A stretch of 64,000 nucleotides of DNA from Styela clava (taxonomy: Eukaryota). The translations under genes and the position numbers were made by a program. The stretch spans positions 23,684,001 to 23,748,000 of the forward strand of contig NC_135253.1 of assembly GCF_964204865.1 (NCBI RefSeq), written 5' to 3'. Below, piece after piece: positions 50,629-63,600 of the stretch. The notes under the pieces are model-generated. The model made no database searches and had not been told where the DNA came from. It was given only the letters and a program-made list of their open reading frames with translations. The first letter of the stretch is position 1. The number at the start of each line of letters is the position of its first letter.

Positions 50629-51411
50629 GAAATTTGCTTACAAGGGCGTAGCCGGGAAATGGGGGTTGAAATGTAAAAAATTAAATGATTTTTCTGTATT
50701 GTACATAGTAATTTTATGTAGCTTGATAAAACGCATTTTAGAACTTCAAGACTCTTTAAAAAACCCACGTAGCGGACCCGCTGGTTGTTATGCGGTCTAA
50801 CTTGGCAACTTGAAATTTCATAATACCCTCCCACCTTTGAAAATTCTTGGCTACGGCTTGCTTGGTTGAATTAGGTTGGGTTATTGCTCCACTTCTATTG
50901 GTAACTTGTAACTTTGAGAATCTTTTTGAATAGCGATATCAATTTCCGTGCTTTTGTTGAAAGCATCAGATTTAGAGTGATTTTCTCCTCAATCCCAGTT
51001 TCAAGGTTTTTAAACCTATTCAAACACGGCCAGTTTTAAACCTGTCCCACGCTTTGCACTCGCCAGTCGCCATGCTTGTAAAATGTCAGGAAATACCAGT
51101 AACTTCAAGCAGCCTTCCTAATAGTTAATTCGCTTCCTGCACGTGCGGTTAAATTTAACAAAGAAAGGTTCAAGTGATTTTTTTTCAACATCATCTTGAA
51201 TGAACTTCCGATTTTGTTCAATCTATTTTTGAATCGGTTTCTAAAAAGAGGATTTGGGATTGAATTACTATTTAAGCGGCCAAATTCAATTTTAGGGTTT
51301 ACATACTATCACAGTCTATTTCGGTAGTCGAGTTGAAGTTTTTAAAGAAGCGTTCCATAAATTTACTCCAAATTAGGCACTGAACAAGCTTACATACATG
51401 TCTGTTGCAAG

Positions 51412-51706
51412 CAGGGATGTAGTCTAGAATTTTCAAAGAGAGGGGGGGGAGGCTGAAAATCTTAATTCCCAATTTAGATCGTAACCTCCTAATTCTGTAA
51501 TCAGTTTCATTTATTTATTTTGTTTTATCAACTATTTTATCGTCTCTTATGTTGGTAATTGAGTCAAAACGAACTTATACGTATACTTGTAACATCCAGC
51601 AAGTTTTAAAGAGTTTTGGGAGTCTGCGAAGTGTTTCGAGGTACAGCAACAGAAAAATGCATTTTTTTTCACATTACTTTCAATAAACTCCCTGGCTAAA
51701 CCTCTG
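51412..51706. mobile_element. hAT-type MITE (CAGGG..GTAG family)
   Basis: Perfect TSD GTTGCAAG; degenerate TIRs. Confidence 0.78.
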
Positions 51707-51813
51707 GTTGCAAGGACGATTGATCAACGCGTCAAAGTCTGCTTGCGACTTTTCTATCAGCACTCTTCTCCACTTTCATTTCAGAGCGTCGAACCTCTGA
51801 GCAAACTTGTAAA

Positions 51814-52027
51814 AGCGTTCCAGAAGTATGTGTATCAATATGGAGGTAACTAATTTTGTTCGCCTACTTCACATTAAGTTGTGTGAAGGGACTGAAACGT
51901 ATAAGCAGGGGGTGTATTCACTTGGCTAACACAGACAGTCCCCAAACTCGTAATAGAACTAAAATAAGAAAAATCGGAATAAAATTATGGCCTAACCCTA
52001 ACCTGTTACACACACTACGGGAGTACC
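51814..52027 (+). mobile_element. Merlin-like MITE family B
   Basis: Aligns end to end with 29366-29579. Confidence 0.8.
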
Positions 52028-52811
52028 AATAACAGATATCTCTTAGTGGGTTCTTGTAACTCTTCTGCAAAATTCTTTCCAGTTTTATCTGATATCATAG
52101 GACGCAACATTATGCCAATTTGGATATAAATACTGGACAACCTGATTGGCTAATCGCTTGTATTCAATGAAGCATGGCGAATCTTGCAAACTCTTCCACG
52201 ATATCTATAAGATATCTATTTTCTTTGTTTTCACGAGGCCCAAACATGGCTCTAAGATAAAACCTCATCCTTTTTAACGGCGCCGGACGATGACACGAGG
52301 TAGCGGCGTCGTCTAGTCTTACCGGTATCTATTGTGCAACTGGTTTGTTACATTAGGGATAGGAAGTTGGCGAACTAAGTAAATATGTATTGTGTTACCT
52401 GTGCGGTGTGAGTGTGCGTTAATTAGCTGTCGTTTAGTTTAGGTCTGCATGCTTCTTACCATAAGATGATGAAATTTAAAATATTTATATTCAAAGGAGT
52501 TCGACCTTTTTATGGCGTTATCTATCGTTTAGTTTGGGGTTGCATGCTTCTTACCATAAGACGATCAAAGTTGAAAAAATTAAAGATGTGAGGAGTTCGA
52601 GTGGCAATACTGTTTTGAGCATTAAATAGCTTTCGTTTAGTTTAGGGCTGCGTGCCTTCTACTATAAGAGGACGAAACTGCTTTTCTTGTTATGTTTGAA
52701 CTATGTATGTCTGAAAAAGTCTGACCTTGGTCAGACGAAACGTTACAGAAATATATTTGTGTTAGTGTGCAGCAAGACTCTTGAATCACTTATGATTACG
52801 GAAGCTGTGAA

Positions 52812-53104
52812 AATTAATGTTGAGAAGAGTAACTGAGTAATGTTTGGAAGTTAATGTTGAGAGGAGTAACTGAGGAATGTTTGGAAGTTAATGTTGAGAG
52901 GAGTAACTGAGTACTGTTTGGAAATTAATGTTGAGAGGAGTAACTGAGTACTGTTTGGAAATTAATGTTGAGAGGAGTAACTGAGTACTGTTTGGAAATT
53001 AATGTTGAGAGGAGTAACTGAGTACTGTTTGGAAATTAATGTTGAGAGGAGTAACTGAGTACTGTTTGGAAATTAATGTTGAGAGGAGTAACTGAGTACT
53101 GTTT
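52812..53104. repeat. 37-bp minisatellite, about 7.9 copies
   Basis: Unit AATTAATGTTGAGAGGAGTAACTGAGTACTGTTTGGA, head to tail with no spacers. Confidence 0.95.
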
Positions 53105-55819
53105 TTATGCGATCTATGCGTTTATTGCTATATTTTCATTTTAGAATGTTGCGCGTAAGGGTAGCTGAAGTGTTAGAATGGAGTAACTTACTAGTTCAAT
53201 TTGAACTTTTTACGCATGTTTCACGGTAATTTCTGTAGTTTTTATGGAATATAGTTGAAAAACCGTCAAATTTTAACAGAGAAAATTGTGTTATTTGAAG
53301 AAAAATGTACGTACGAACGAAATTTTATATTCTCTTCAACACAGAATGTATTATAGCTAATTTTGTCTGCATGCACTTGTTCTCAAATTTATGGCACTCC
53401 GTTTTGAATCGGCGCACAAATACGTCTAACAATAATACCAGACAGTTAGTTAATACCTCAAAACAGCCTTAGCATAAAATCATTTGTCTTGGGTTTCAAT
53501 GATCGTACTTGTGGCCAAATTCCTTATATACCGTTCCTCCATTTTGTATATTCCGTATAAGAGCGATATAATTTCTTCAAGTAATTTTGTAAGCAGATAC
53601 CTTTTCGCGGGTTTGTCCTAGCCTTTAGCGTTTTAGATGGAAATATTGTACTAACTGATTAACTATTCATACCCGGTGTTGAATAGTAACTGGACGAAAT
53701 GCTGTGGATTGTTATACGATTGAACTGTCTTATTGGCTTTCCTCTCCCCATGTCAGTTATGAAAATACTTATTTGTGCTAACTGGAAAAAAACTCGGAAT
53801 TTTATTTATTGTCGGCAAAACTATTCAATTTACTACACTCTGAGGAGGGGCGTCGGAACAATCTAGTTTTTGCTCTCTAGGTTAGAGGCAAGTAAAATAT
53901 ATTGTTCATTTAGCAACGGTGAATATTTGATATATAATGATACCTGCTTATACAGTGTAATCATCAAATATGAGTTTGAATATAATCCATCTGACATATT
54001 ATCGACAACCATGTCTGAGATATATCAATATCAAAATTTATTTCATATGTGCTATAAATATTCGTGTTGACTCAATTTCGTTCGTAAATCAATTCATTGC
54101 GAGATAGAATTCTAAAATATCGAGCGATTCGGATACGAACAAATCTTTGAAATTTTTTTTAGAAAGCTCCCGTCGAAAAAACAAACACTCCCGCAACTCT
54201 CAAAATAAGAAAATTTGTGATTATCCAGGGTTAGGGTTAAGAATGCAGATTGCGTTGGAAATTCAAATTTTCTGATCATTCTTAACCTTAACTGGTTAAT
54301 ACCTGATGTCTTAATTTAAAACGTGGTTTTTCTGTTTTTGCAGTAGTCGGACGTTGTTCAAAAGATCCAAAATACATCGGGATTAGATTTACAAATATCG
54401 AAATTTATTTCCTATGCGTCAAGTCTATTTTTTTTGACATAAAGCAATGTAGTTACATATTTCTCTTAAAATATCAGAAATCAAATTGAAGATAAAACAA
54501 GAGAGAAATGCTCAAATATATCGACACGTTAACTAGAGCGAAGCAGACCTTACCTTTGACGCTACCGGTACCCTTAAAAAATTTCCGAGTTTCGCATAGC
54601 AAGAATTTACAGAATCAAACCGGACAGCTAGTGTTCCCATGAATAAATAATACAGCGAAATTTTGGACGAAATATCAGATTTCATACGAAATTTAGAAAT
54701 AAATAAAATTAATAGCCTTCTAGCGAAAAATATGATCTTTACTCACTGAAAATTCAAAGCAAATGGACCAGTAATCAATGAGAAAAGCGATTTTTTTCTT
54801 TACGATGCCAAAAAGAATATAAAAATCAAAATTTATTTTCCATGCGTATCTTTCTCTTTGTGCTTTTCCAGAACTTTCCCACTCACACTAGTTACCATTT
54901 TTTTAGAATATCAGATTTAAATTTAAGATGGAATAATAAAACATTGAACAATTCGGATATGGACAAATCTCTGAAAAAATGTATGGAGATTAAATATACA
55001 AAAATCAAAATTTATTTCCTATGCGTCAATTCTCAAATATTTTTCTCGACATAAAAGAATGTAGTTAGAATCAGAGTTCAAATTTAGTAAAAGATGGAAT
55101 AATAGAACATCGAACAAGTCGAATAGGGACAGCCATGTTTGAGACACATATTATAAAAAGTCAGTTTCTGACATGTGATAGAATATCGAATTACTCGGGA
55201 AATAAAATTCTAGAATTAGAAAAGATTATTTCTGGCCAGTATTTCAAAAATCAAAATTTATTTCCTATGCGACTAAAAAAATTTCTTGACATGAAGAATT
55301 GTAGTTAGACTTATAATATGGGCATTATGGTATTTATCACCAAGATCAATCACAACCGTTAACGACAGAAACCCAGACACAAAGGCGCTTCGCTCTCGTT
55401 CACAGAGGTTTTAGTATCAAGTTTTAATGCCGAAAAGGTTACATTTTGTTAAACTTTTGGATTTTGATCGTTATCGCTTCAAAAAATCAAAATGGACGAA
55501 AACTGCTATTACTAGATTAAAATGTTTATTCGTGCGTATTTGTGTGTGTTTTGCGAGAAATAACAATTTGAACATCGTTGTCAATGCAAATATTTGGGGC
55601 TTGACATATCGAGGAAGAAATTTGAAATCTCCTCCATTGTTGTTTGATTTATTACATCCAGAATGAAGTGTTTAGAAAAATTTCATTTTGGCAAGAAACG
55701 ATATTTTTTTTTAGTGTCGAGTCTGCCAGACTAGCAAGCAAGTAACATCTGATATTAAATAAGCTTTCATGTTTTTAGAAGTCTCACATCAACCGATATT
55801 TAATGCGCCATAATAATTT

Positions 55820-56015
55820 GGTATTCATGTAGTATCTGAACCAAGATGGCGGATACCGGGACGTAGCATGTGTACCAGGTTAGGGTTAGGCCATAATTTC
55901 AGGTATAAATACTACGGGAATCATTTGGCTAGTCCCCGAACTCTTAATAGAACTAAAACAAGGAAAACTGGAATAAAATTATACTTAACCCTAACCTGGT
56001 ACACATACTACGTTC
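55820..56015. mobile_element. Merlin-like MITE family A, 3'-truncated
   Basis: CAAGATGGCGGA...GGTTAGGGTTAGGCCATAATTT and core match family A; right end lost. Confidence 0.75.
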
Positions 56016-57009
56016 TGTATTTCAGACATCGCCAGTAAATTCACTCAGGGATGAGTCTCATCATCTAGTAACCAGCATAAAGTAATCGCTGATATGTAAA
56101 TGAGCTTTCATGCTTATGGAAGTTTCACATCAAGCAGTTTTCACTTTCGCCACAATAATTTTGTATAGTTTCTTGGCATTTGAATGGTCGCCCGTAACTT
56201 CACTCAGAGATGAGTTTCATTTAAATTCAAATAAGTGCTTTGAGCAAATTTTCTTATAATGAAAAGCTACAAAATATTTCAGGTGCGTCATACATCCTAT
56301 ATTCAATTTGTCACATTCTTTGCGGGGATAATTTTTTAGCGTTTTTGGAGGTTTGAGTAAGTTTTTGCACGTTTTGGTAGGTTTTTGACGGTTTTAGCAT
56401 TTTTGGAAGAACGAATTCATTTTATAAAATTCAAGTCCTAAGAATGAAGACAAAGCTAAAATGTAAGAACGGTACTGGGACACAGAAAATGAAGACTTGA
56501 ATGCTACAGGAACCCTATACTGGGATTTTCGCATCAGAATATCGCTAAAAATCGCTTTCCTTTGAACTTGTATTAAAATAACGCACTTCTTCACGTTGGG
56601 TTTGAACCGCGATGGCAACATAGTATTGTCTAACTAGGCAACCACTTATAAGTATCAGCAGAGTATCCAATGGCATTTAACCAAAAATAAGGACACCGGA
56701 AGCACGTCATAAAATGTTTCGAAACTTGCAAAATTTTAGGCAAGGCTATTGGCACCAAATTTCTCGCTAAAAATCATCTTTCTTTGAACTTTATATCAAA
56801 ATGACACACTGTGTCGATAAATTTCTCATATTACTCGTGAAAACTGATAAAATCACGGGTTCTCGGTAATAATTGTTTATCTGTCGTGATTTTTGAAAAA
56901 TGAGCGCCTGTCAATCAAATTCAATCACAAGGAGAAAGTTATTATGAAGTGAGTAATCAGTTTAGAAAATTGCTAGAATTGGATATAACTTTCGTGTTCT
57001 TTACGAAGA

Positions 57010-57490
57010 GAGGGAAGCCGATAAGACGACTTAATCATATGCCGAACCATGGTCGGTTACCGTTTACCGGTCGAATCGGTTACCGGTCCATGTTGGGTAT
57101 GGGAGTAGTTAGTCAGTTATTCTAAGATACCTATTTTTCTAAATTGTGATAAACTTAATCACATGGCGAACCACCGTATCGGGATCGGTAACAAGTGAAC
57201 AGTATTTCATGTTTCAATTAGGGAGAAGAAATCCGATAAAACGGCTTAATCATATGGCGAACCACGGTCAATCGTCCGGTTGCCAGCCCATGTCGGATAT
57301 GGGATTAGTTAGCCAATTAATCTAATATAATTATTATTTTAAATTGTGATGGACAGGATTTTCACACATTTATATTGCCGAGAGGAAAGTCGACCTAATC
57401 ATACGGCAAAACACAGCATCAGAGCCAGTTATGAGTGGACGAAATTCCATATTTATGTTGTTAAGAGAAAACCCGATAAGACGGCTGACA
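57010..57490 (-). mobile_element. Cluster of SINE 3' fragments
   Basis: Several degenerate GATAAGACGGCTTAATCATATGGCGAACCA...GGTTACC...GATTAGTTAGCCA units; another near 57860. Confidence 0.6.
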
Positions 57491-57494
57491 AAAC

Positions 57495-57729
57495 GGTATT
57501 CCCGAAGTATGTGAGCCAAGATGGCGGACACTGGAACGTAGTATGTATACCAGGTTAGAGTTAGGCCATAATTTAATTCCAATTTTCCTTATCTTAGTTC
57601 TATTACGAGTTCCGGGATAGCCAAGTGACTCCCGTAGTATTTGTACCTGAAATTGTAGTCTAACCCTAACCTGGCACACATACTACGTTCCGGTGTCCGC
57701 CATCTTGGTTCACATACTTCGATAGTACC
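57495..57729. mobile_element. Merlin-like MITE family A, inserted among SINE-derived sequence
   Basis: Both TIRs present, core reversed relative to the 17704 copy; degenerate TSD. Confidence 0.82.
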
Positions 57730-58784
57730 GGTGAAACACCTTCCCACTCGTTCGACCAGTCAATGTCGGGAATGGTCATGGTTAACCAGTCATTGTTTTA
57801 CATTTAATATTGGAAGTTGGGATAGGATATGGTTTTCATAATCATTCCAGGCAAGAAAAGTTAATAAGACGGCTTAATCATATGACAAATTGTTGTCCGA
57901 CTAACAGTCCGTATCTGGTATAAAAGGTTAATCAGGTATTCATTGAAGATACGTAGGCTCGGTGGTACAATAAAATATATACAAAATACACAAGTTAATT
58001 TGGTATATATTGGAGGAAGTGCAGCGATGCGCCCATATAGTCATCAGAGTCAGCTTCTCCTAGGAGGAAAGGCCATGACCAAACTTTGATTGCGTAAACC
58101 ACCCCGAAGCGATGAGGAGCTCAGCAAAGAAGTATGAATGAAAATTCTAAAATATGGATTTTTTTCTACCATTGGCGCCAGTCGAATTCTTTCCTCAAAT
58201 ACCAAAGGAAACTTGTTTTTGCTAATTTTAGGATTATTCAGAAGTCGGCGCTTACAAATTGGCTTACAAGTTAAAAACTCAATCAAGATAGTTGAGTTCA
58301 GTTCAGGGGTGGGGAAATTACCGCCCGCGAAAAACATATCAAAGTAAATTACGTCATAATGACCCGACTGTTACATTGTTATTCTAGCTAGCTATTGTAA
58401 ATATTCTATTTTAGATTCATAGTTGTTCATATTGAGTTTGGAACCTCCGGCCCAGTAACAAAGTCTATTATGTGTAACTGGTTAACTCAGGAAAGTTACT
58501 CACCGGCTCTGGTTTAGTTAGGAAGATTTAACCACGCTGATATGAACTAATATTAATTATTCCAATTTGTTTTGTTTGTCTTTTTGAAGTCACTGAGGCT
58601 TATAATAGATGAAGATAAATGTGATAGAAAACCTTATCTCAGCAAAAATTTACAAATATTGAATAGAGCAGGAATACACGAGCACGCAATGTTATGTCTT
58701 TAAGATTTTGCTCAGGATCTGGAATTTTACGACAACAACACGCATTCACCGGAGGAATGAAAGGTAGAACTTTTGGTCATTTTG

Positions 58785-59017
58785 GGTACCTCCGTAGTAT
58801 GTGCAACAAGATGGCGGACACCGGAACGTAGTGTGTGAATCAGGTTGGGGTTAGTCCATAATTTTAGGTACAAACACTGCGGTAGTTACTTGGCTAGTCC
58901 CCGAACTCGTAATAGAACTAAAATAAGGAAAATTGGAATAAAATTATGGCCTAACCCTTACCTGGTACACATACTATGTCCAGGTGTCCGCCATCTTGTT
59001 GTACATATTACGCGCCC
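58785..59017. mobile_element. Merlin-like MITE family A, diverged
   Basis: TIRs and core align with 17704-17938. Confidence 0.8.
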
Positions 59018-59092
59018 AACTTTTGTTTAAAAATTTCCAAATTCTTCTTCGCTTTTTCATATTTTAGTTTTCCAAATTGCTAACATCTATAT

Positions 59093-59370
59093 AAGACATT
59101 GGCAAAGTATGGGCTGCGGGCCAATCCGGCCCGTTGGGCGTTTTAAGCTGGCCCGCCTGATGCTGCCACAACCAAACTGAAACCAAATATTGATGTTTAA
59201 GCTAAAAATAGCTCAAAAATTTTTTTGAGATTGCGGTTAAATTTTATTTTGGCACGAGGCTTATTGTTTTCCACATTTGCTATGTAACACTGTAAATATT
59301 GTTTATAAAATTTAACTTCTTACGTCACACTTACATGGGCCCGCCAGACTAGGTGAGCAATTTTTTTGGT
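59093..59370. mobile_element. hAT MITE, uninterrupted paralog of 27691-28241
   Basis: Reverse complement aligns with both flanks of the nested insertion. Confidence 0.72.
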
Positions 59371-59965
59371 TTCTAACGTACTAAATTTTACTGATTGAGT
59401 TATTCTCTATCCGAATTATTCATTACACATGGAATACAACGATTGGAATAGTATTTGAACTAATATTTTCAAAATATATTTCCCTGGTTAATTATGCTCG
59501 GCGCTCTTGGACCTTCGGGGAGAGATTTCAGGGGCCATCGTGTGAATAATATGAACACATAGAACATCTTGTTATTGTGGTCCAGATCTGTGGTCTGAAC
59601 ATTTTGAGAATCATTCCATTCTAGATGTAGCATCGGGTTTTATGTTTTTTGCGCGTGTAATTTTTTGTGCAATTCTGTAAACTGATAGATCGGATTACAA
59701 TACATGTACTACTAACACACTGGTGCCTGTTATATAAAATATATCGACTTGCTCTGCACCCGAATTACTAGATCTAAAATAAAGAGAAATGCGTGGAGTT
59801 TTGAACAATAGTTCGGTTTTTATATTGAGACTTATATTGAGATCTATAGCTTCAAATTTCATCATTTTTGCGCGTGTCATTTCAAGCTCAATTCTGTAAA
59901 CTGATAGACCGAATAACAATACATAAAGCAACAGACACACTGGTGCCTGATAACCAATTTACGTC

Positions 59966-61750
59966 GCTCAGACATACAAAATGGTGTCATTACGCTATCA
60001 CATGAATCCTGATATCAAAATATGTCAATCCCGGTACCGGTATCTCATATATTAGCTTACTTAGTATGTCATGATTGTATTGGCCATCGTCAAATTTGTT
60101 TTTCTTTTCGATTTATTGCCGTGCATTAAGGGTCAGTCGTCCAGATTTGCGAGCTAAATTCGAAAATTGATCAAAATTTATCGAAGATTAGAATCAAGTC
60201 AACGGTTCTGTATGTGATTTTTACCAGAATCAATGTGAGCACATACAATATTGTAGGACGTTTGCGTTATCGCATACACGTACACACACATACGCAATCT
60301 TATATTAGAAGAAATCCACATACATAAATTCACATTAAATTTGAAATTAGCATACTGTTTTCCTGGCCGACTAGATTAAACTTTTTCAAATCAACGCTTC
60401 CGTATGTGATTTTTCCTCAAATCAATGTGAGGACATACAATGTTTTAGTACGCTTGCAAGGCCACATACACACAGACGCGTGCACATACACGTTCCTATA
60501 TGAGACGGAATTCACATACGTTCCATGTGAGTGTGTATTCTATTTATAAAATTGAGCAGTCTGCTCTCCTAACCGTGCAGAGTTTTCAAGTCAATGGTGC
60601 CTTATTAACTCAATTTACGTTTCATCAAATTGGCTCAGACATACAAAATGGTGTCATTATGCTATCACATGAATCTTGATATCAAAATATGTCAATCCCG
60701 GTACCGGTATCTGATATATTAGCTTACTTAGTATGACATGATTGTATTGGCCATCGTCAAATTTGTTTTTCTTTTCGATTTATTGCCGTCCATTAAGGGT
60801 CAGTCGTCCAGGTTTGCGAGCTAAATTCGAAAATCGATCAGAATTTATCGAAGATTAGAATCAAGTCAACGGTTCTGTATGTGATTTTTACCAGAATTAA
60901 CGTGAGCACATACAATATTGTAGGACGTTTGCGCTATTGCATACACGTACACACACACACGCAATCTTATATTAAAAGAGTTCCACATACATACAAAGAG
61001 TTTCACATACAAACACATATTAAATTTGAAATTAGCATACTGTTTTCCTGGCCGATTAGATTAAACTTTTTTCAGTCAACGCTTCCGTATGTGACTTTTC
61101 CCAAAATCAATGTGAGGACATACAATGTTTTAGTACGTTTGCAAGGCCACATACACACAGACGCGTGCACATACACGTTCCTATATGAGACGGAATTCAC
61201 ATCCGTTCCATGTGAGTGTGTATTCTATTTATAAAATTGAGCAGTCTGCTCTCCTAACCGTACAGAGTTTTCAAGTCAATGTTGCCTTATTAACCCAATT
61301 TACGTTTCATTAAATCGGCTCAGACATACAAAATGGTGTCATTATGCTATCACATGAATCTTGATATCAAAATATGTCAATCCCGGTACCGGTATCTCAT
61401 GTATTAACTTACTTAGTAAGTCATGATTGTATTGGCCATCGTCAAATTTGTTTTTCTTTTCGATTTATTACCGTCCATTATGGGTCAGTCGTCCAGGTTT
61501 GTGAGCTTAATTCGAAAATTGATCAAAATGCATCGAAGATTTAAATCCGTTCTGGTAATGTGAGCGTTATTCATTGTGAAATCCGCGTTAAATTTTCTGG
61601 TCGAGAGACTTTGAACATTATCAAGTCAAGCTTCTGTATGTGAAACTTTCTAGAATCAATGTGAACACATAAATATTGTAGGACGTTTGAACGGTCACAT
61701 ACACACACATATGAGCGAACAAATACGCACACACATGCTTATATAAGAAG
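59966..61750. repeat. Tandem repeat, units of 667 and 685 bp plus a partial third copy
   Basis: GCTCAGACATACAAAATGGTGTC starts at 59966, 60633 and 61318; units are collinear with CA-rich tracts. Confidence 0.92.
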
Positions 61751-63600
61751 TTCACACCCATCCTTAGCGGGGATTAGTATTACATGTTTGTATAGACCAT
61801 CGATACGACATCTTTTTTTTTTTATTCCTCAGATTTCGTCTAGGTCTTCCTTAGTCGGGGTCCAATTTTGACCGCAAATTCAGCTTTTTGGCTGGGATTT
61901 TCTTCACGTTCGATGACCACATTAGTCACTTGACTTTCGTGTCTATTTATTTTGTTATTGCTCAACCTCCCTATATTATTAGATTACAATAATACCAATG
62001 ATTTGTTTAAAAACACCCAGCTGTCTTTGAAAATCAATAAAAATAAACACAATTGAATGCCATTCCCATCAGAAAACACCAATTGTTATTACGCCGTTTG
62101 GTATTTGATTTAGACGTAACAATGATTGTAAAGCTTACGTACTATCGCGTCATATTGGATCATTCAGCGGTACACTTTATAATGTGACAATACTAATCGG
62201 ATTTTGTATTGTCATTCTGATAGTGTGATCGATATTTACAAAAAAGCGTTTATGCCGAACAAGACGAAAAGATAGACCGGGGTATAGATTTTCATACTGG
62301 ACCTCCGGCATCCTTGGGGGAAGGGGCACGAGGCGTTTCGCTGACAGGCCCCCAGGACGTCACTAGGTATCATTCACGATGATAACAATATTTTAGTAAA
62401 TTGATTGTGGTTTGTTAAAATATTGACTGTAATTCATTCATTCTTTGGCTTTCGTGTGTTGGTTTTTTATTACTAAACGTGCTTTCCCAGCACATCTTCT
62501 GTAGGCTGCCACTATCGTTAGACTCCCATCGTTTTAGAGCTGGTATTCCATGACAGTTAGAATATGATTTCCATATAAGCCTATAAGAAGTCGCTGTGAC
62601 GAACTACGGCTTCTCTGTAGCTATTAGCAATCCGGTATAGGAGTAGTTAACCAGTTATTCTCTTCAGGTGCGTGAACTTGATGCTGGAGAAAGCCGTTGT
62701 CGACCATCGTTTATGTGATTCACCATGCGAAGAGTCAAGCAATCCTGTCGCACATAGTTATTCCCCCCAAGATTTGAACCTTCAAACCCACACCTGGTGG
62801 AAGTGAAACGACAAGCGGGTTTCAAACGATTCGCTTGATGAAAACATTGTGGTTTGTTCAAATTTTGACAGTAATGCATTTATTCCTTTGTTTTCCTTGT
62901 TTTTTTATTTTTATTTTATTACGAAACGTGCTTTATTTCCCAACACCGTTGTAGGATGCCTCTATCGTTAGACTCCCATCGCTTCAAAGCTGGTATTCCG
63001 TAACAGATAGAAACTACCGCTAGTTTCATTTGTCTTTGCCATGTTTCATTCTAAATCCCACTTAGTTTTTTCTTTAGTCCAGTGGTCTTACATGGTTTAC
63101 AACTAAGATAAGTATTTCTCACAGGTATTTCTCTACTAAGTGCTGTTATGAAAGCCGAAAACTTTTAACTCAATTTACATGTTATTGCATCGAAAGATTT
63201 GTATTAATTTTTGTATTGCTTCATGTGAATAGGTGCCAACCAAAGTTGTATACGTAAAATGGCGCACGTGGCAAAGTTTAAAATGCGACCCTTTGATAGT
63301 TGGTTGACAATTTAAAATGATTGTTATTGAAATGAGATTTTTTTTACGTTATTATTCTAGTAAAAATACTAGGTTAAGTTATTTCCAATTTGAAATAAAT
63401 TTATTGAAACATTTCACACTTGAAACTTATCTCCGTTTTCGTGCCCCTGTCCAAACGGCACCCATGGCACGAGCCATTAATGCCTCACCCTACTAGATAC
63501 ACCACTGCTCTTAACGCCCTATTTTACCTCCCTGCTTTTGGGCATATGGATCTTTATGAGTAATGTACGGATTTTTTAGAAAGAGTGAAGATGACTCTTC

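Noticed and set aside
52812-53104. 37-bp repeats resembling a CRISPR array in unit length
   Set aside because: Units are contiguous with no unique spacers, there are no cas genes and the context is eukaryotic; it is a minisatellite.
58020-58347. Overlapping 95-aa and 69-aa ORFs
   Set aside because: No recognisable motif or consistent splice sites; partly overlaps a hAT MITE end.
60881-61234. 117-aa ORF
   Set aside because: Falls in a tandem repeat unit, has a non-ATG start and is disrupted in the sister unit.
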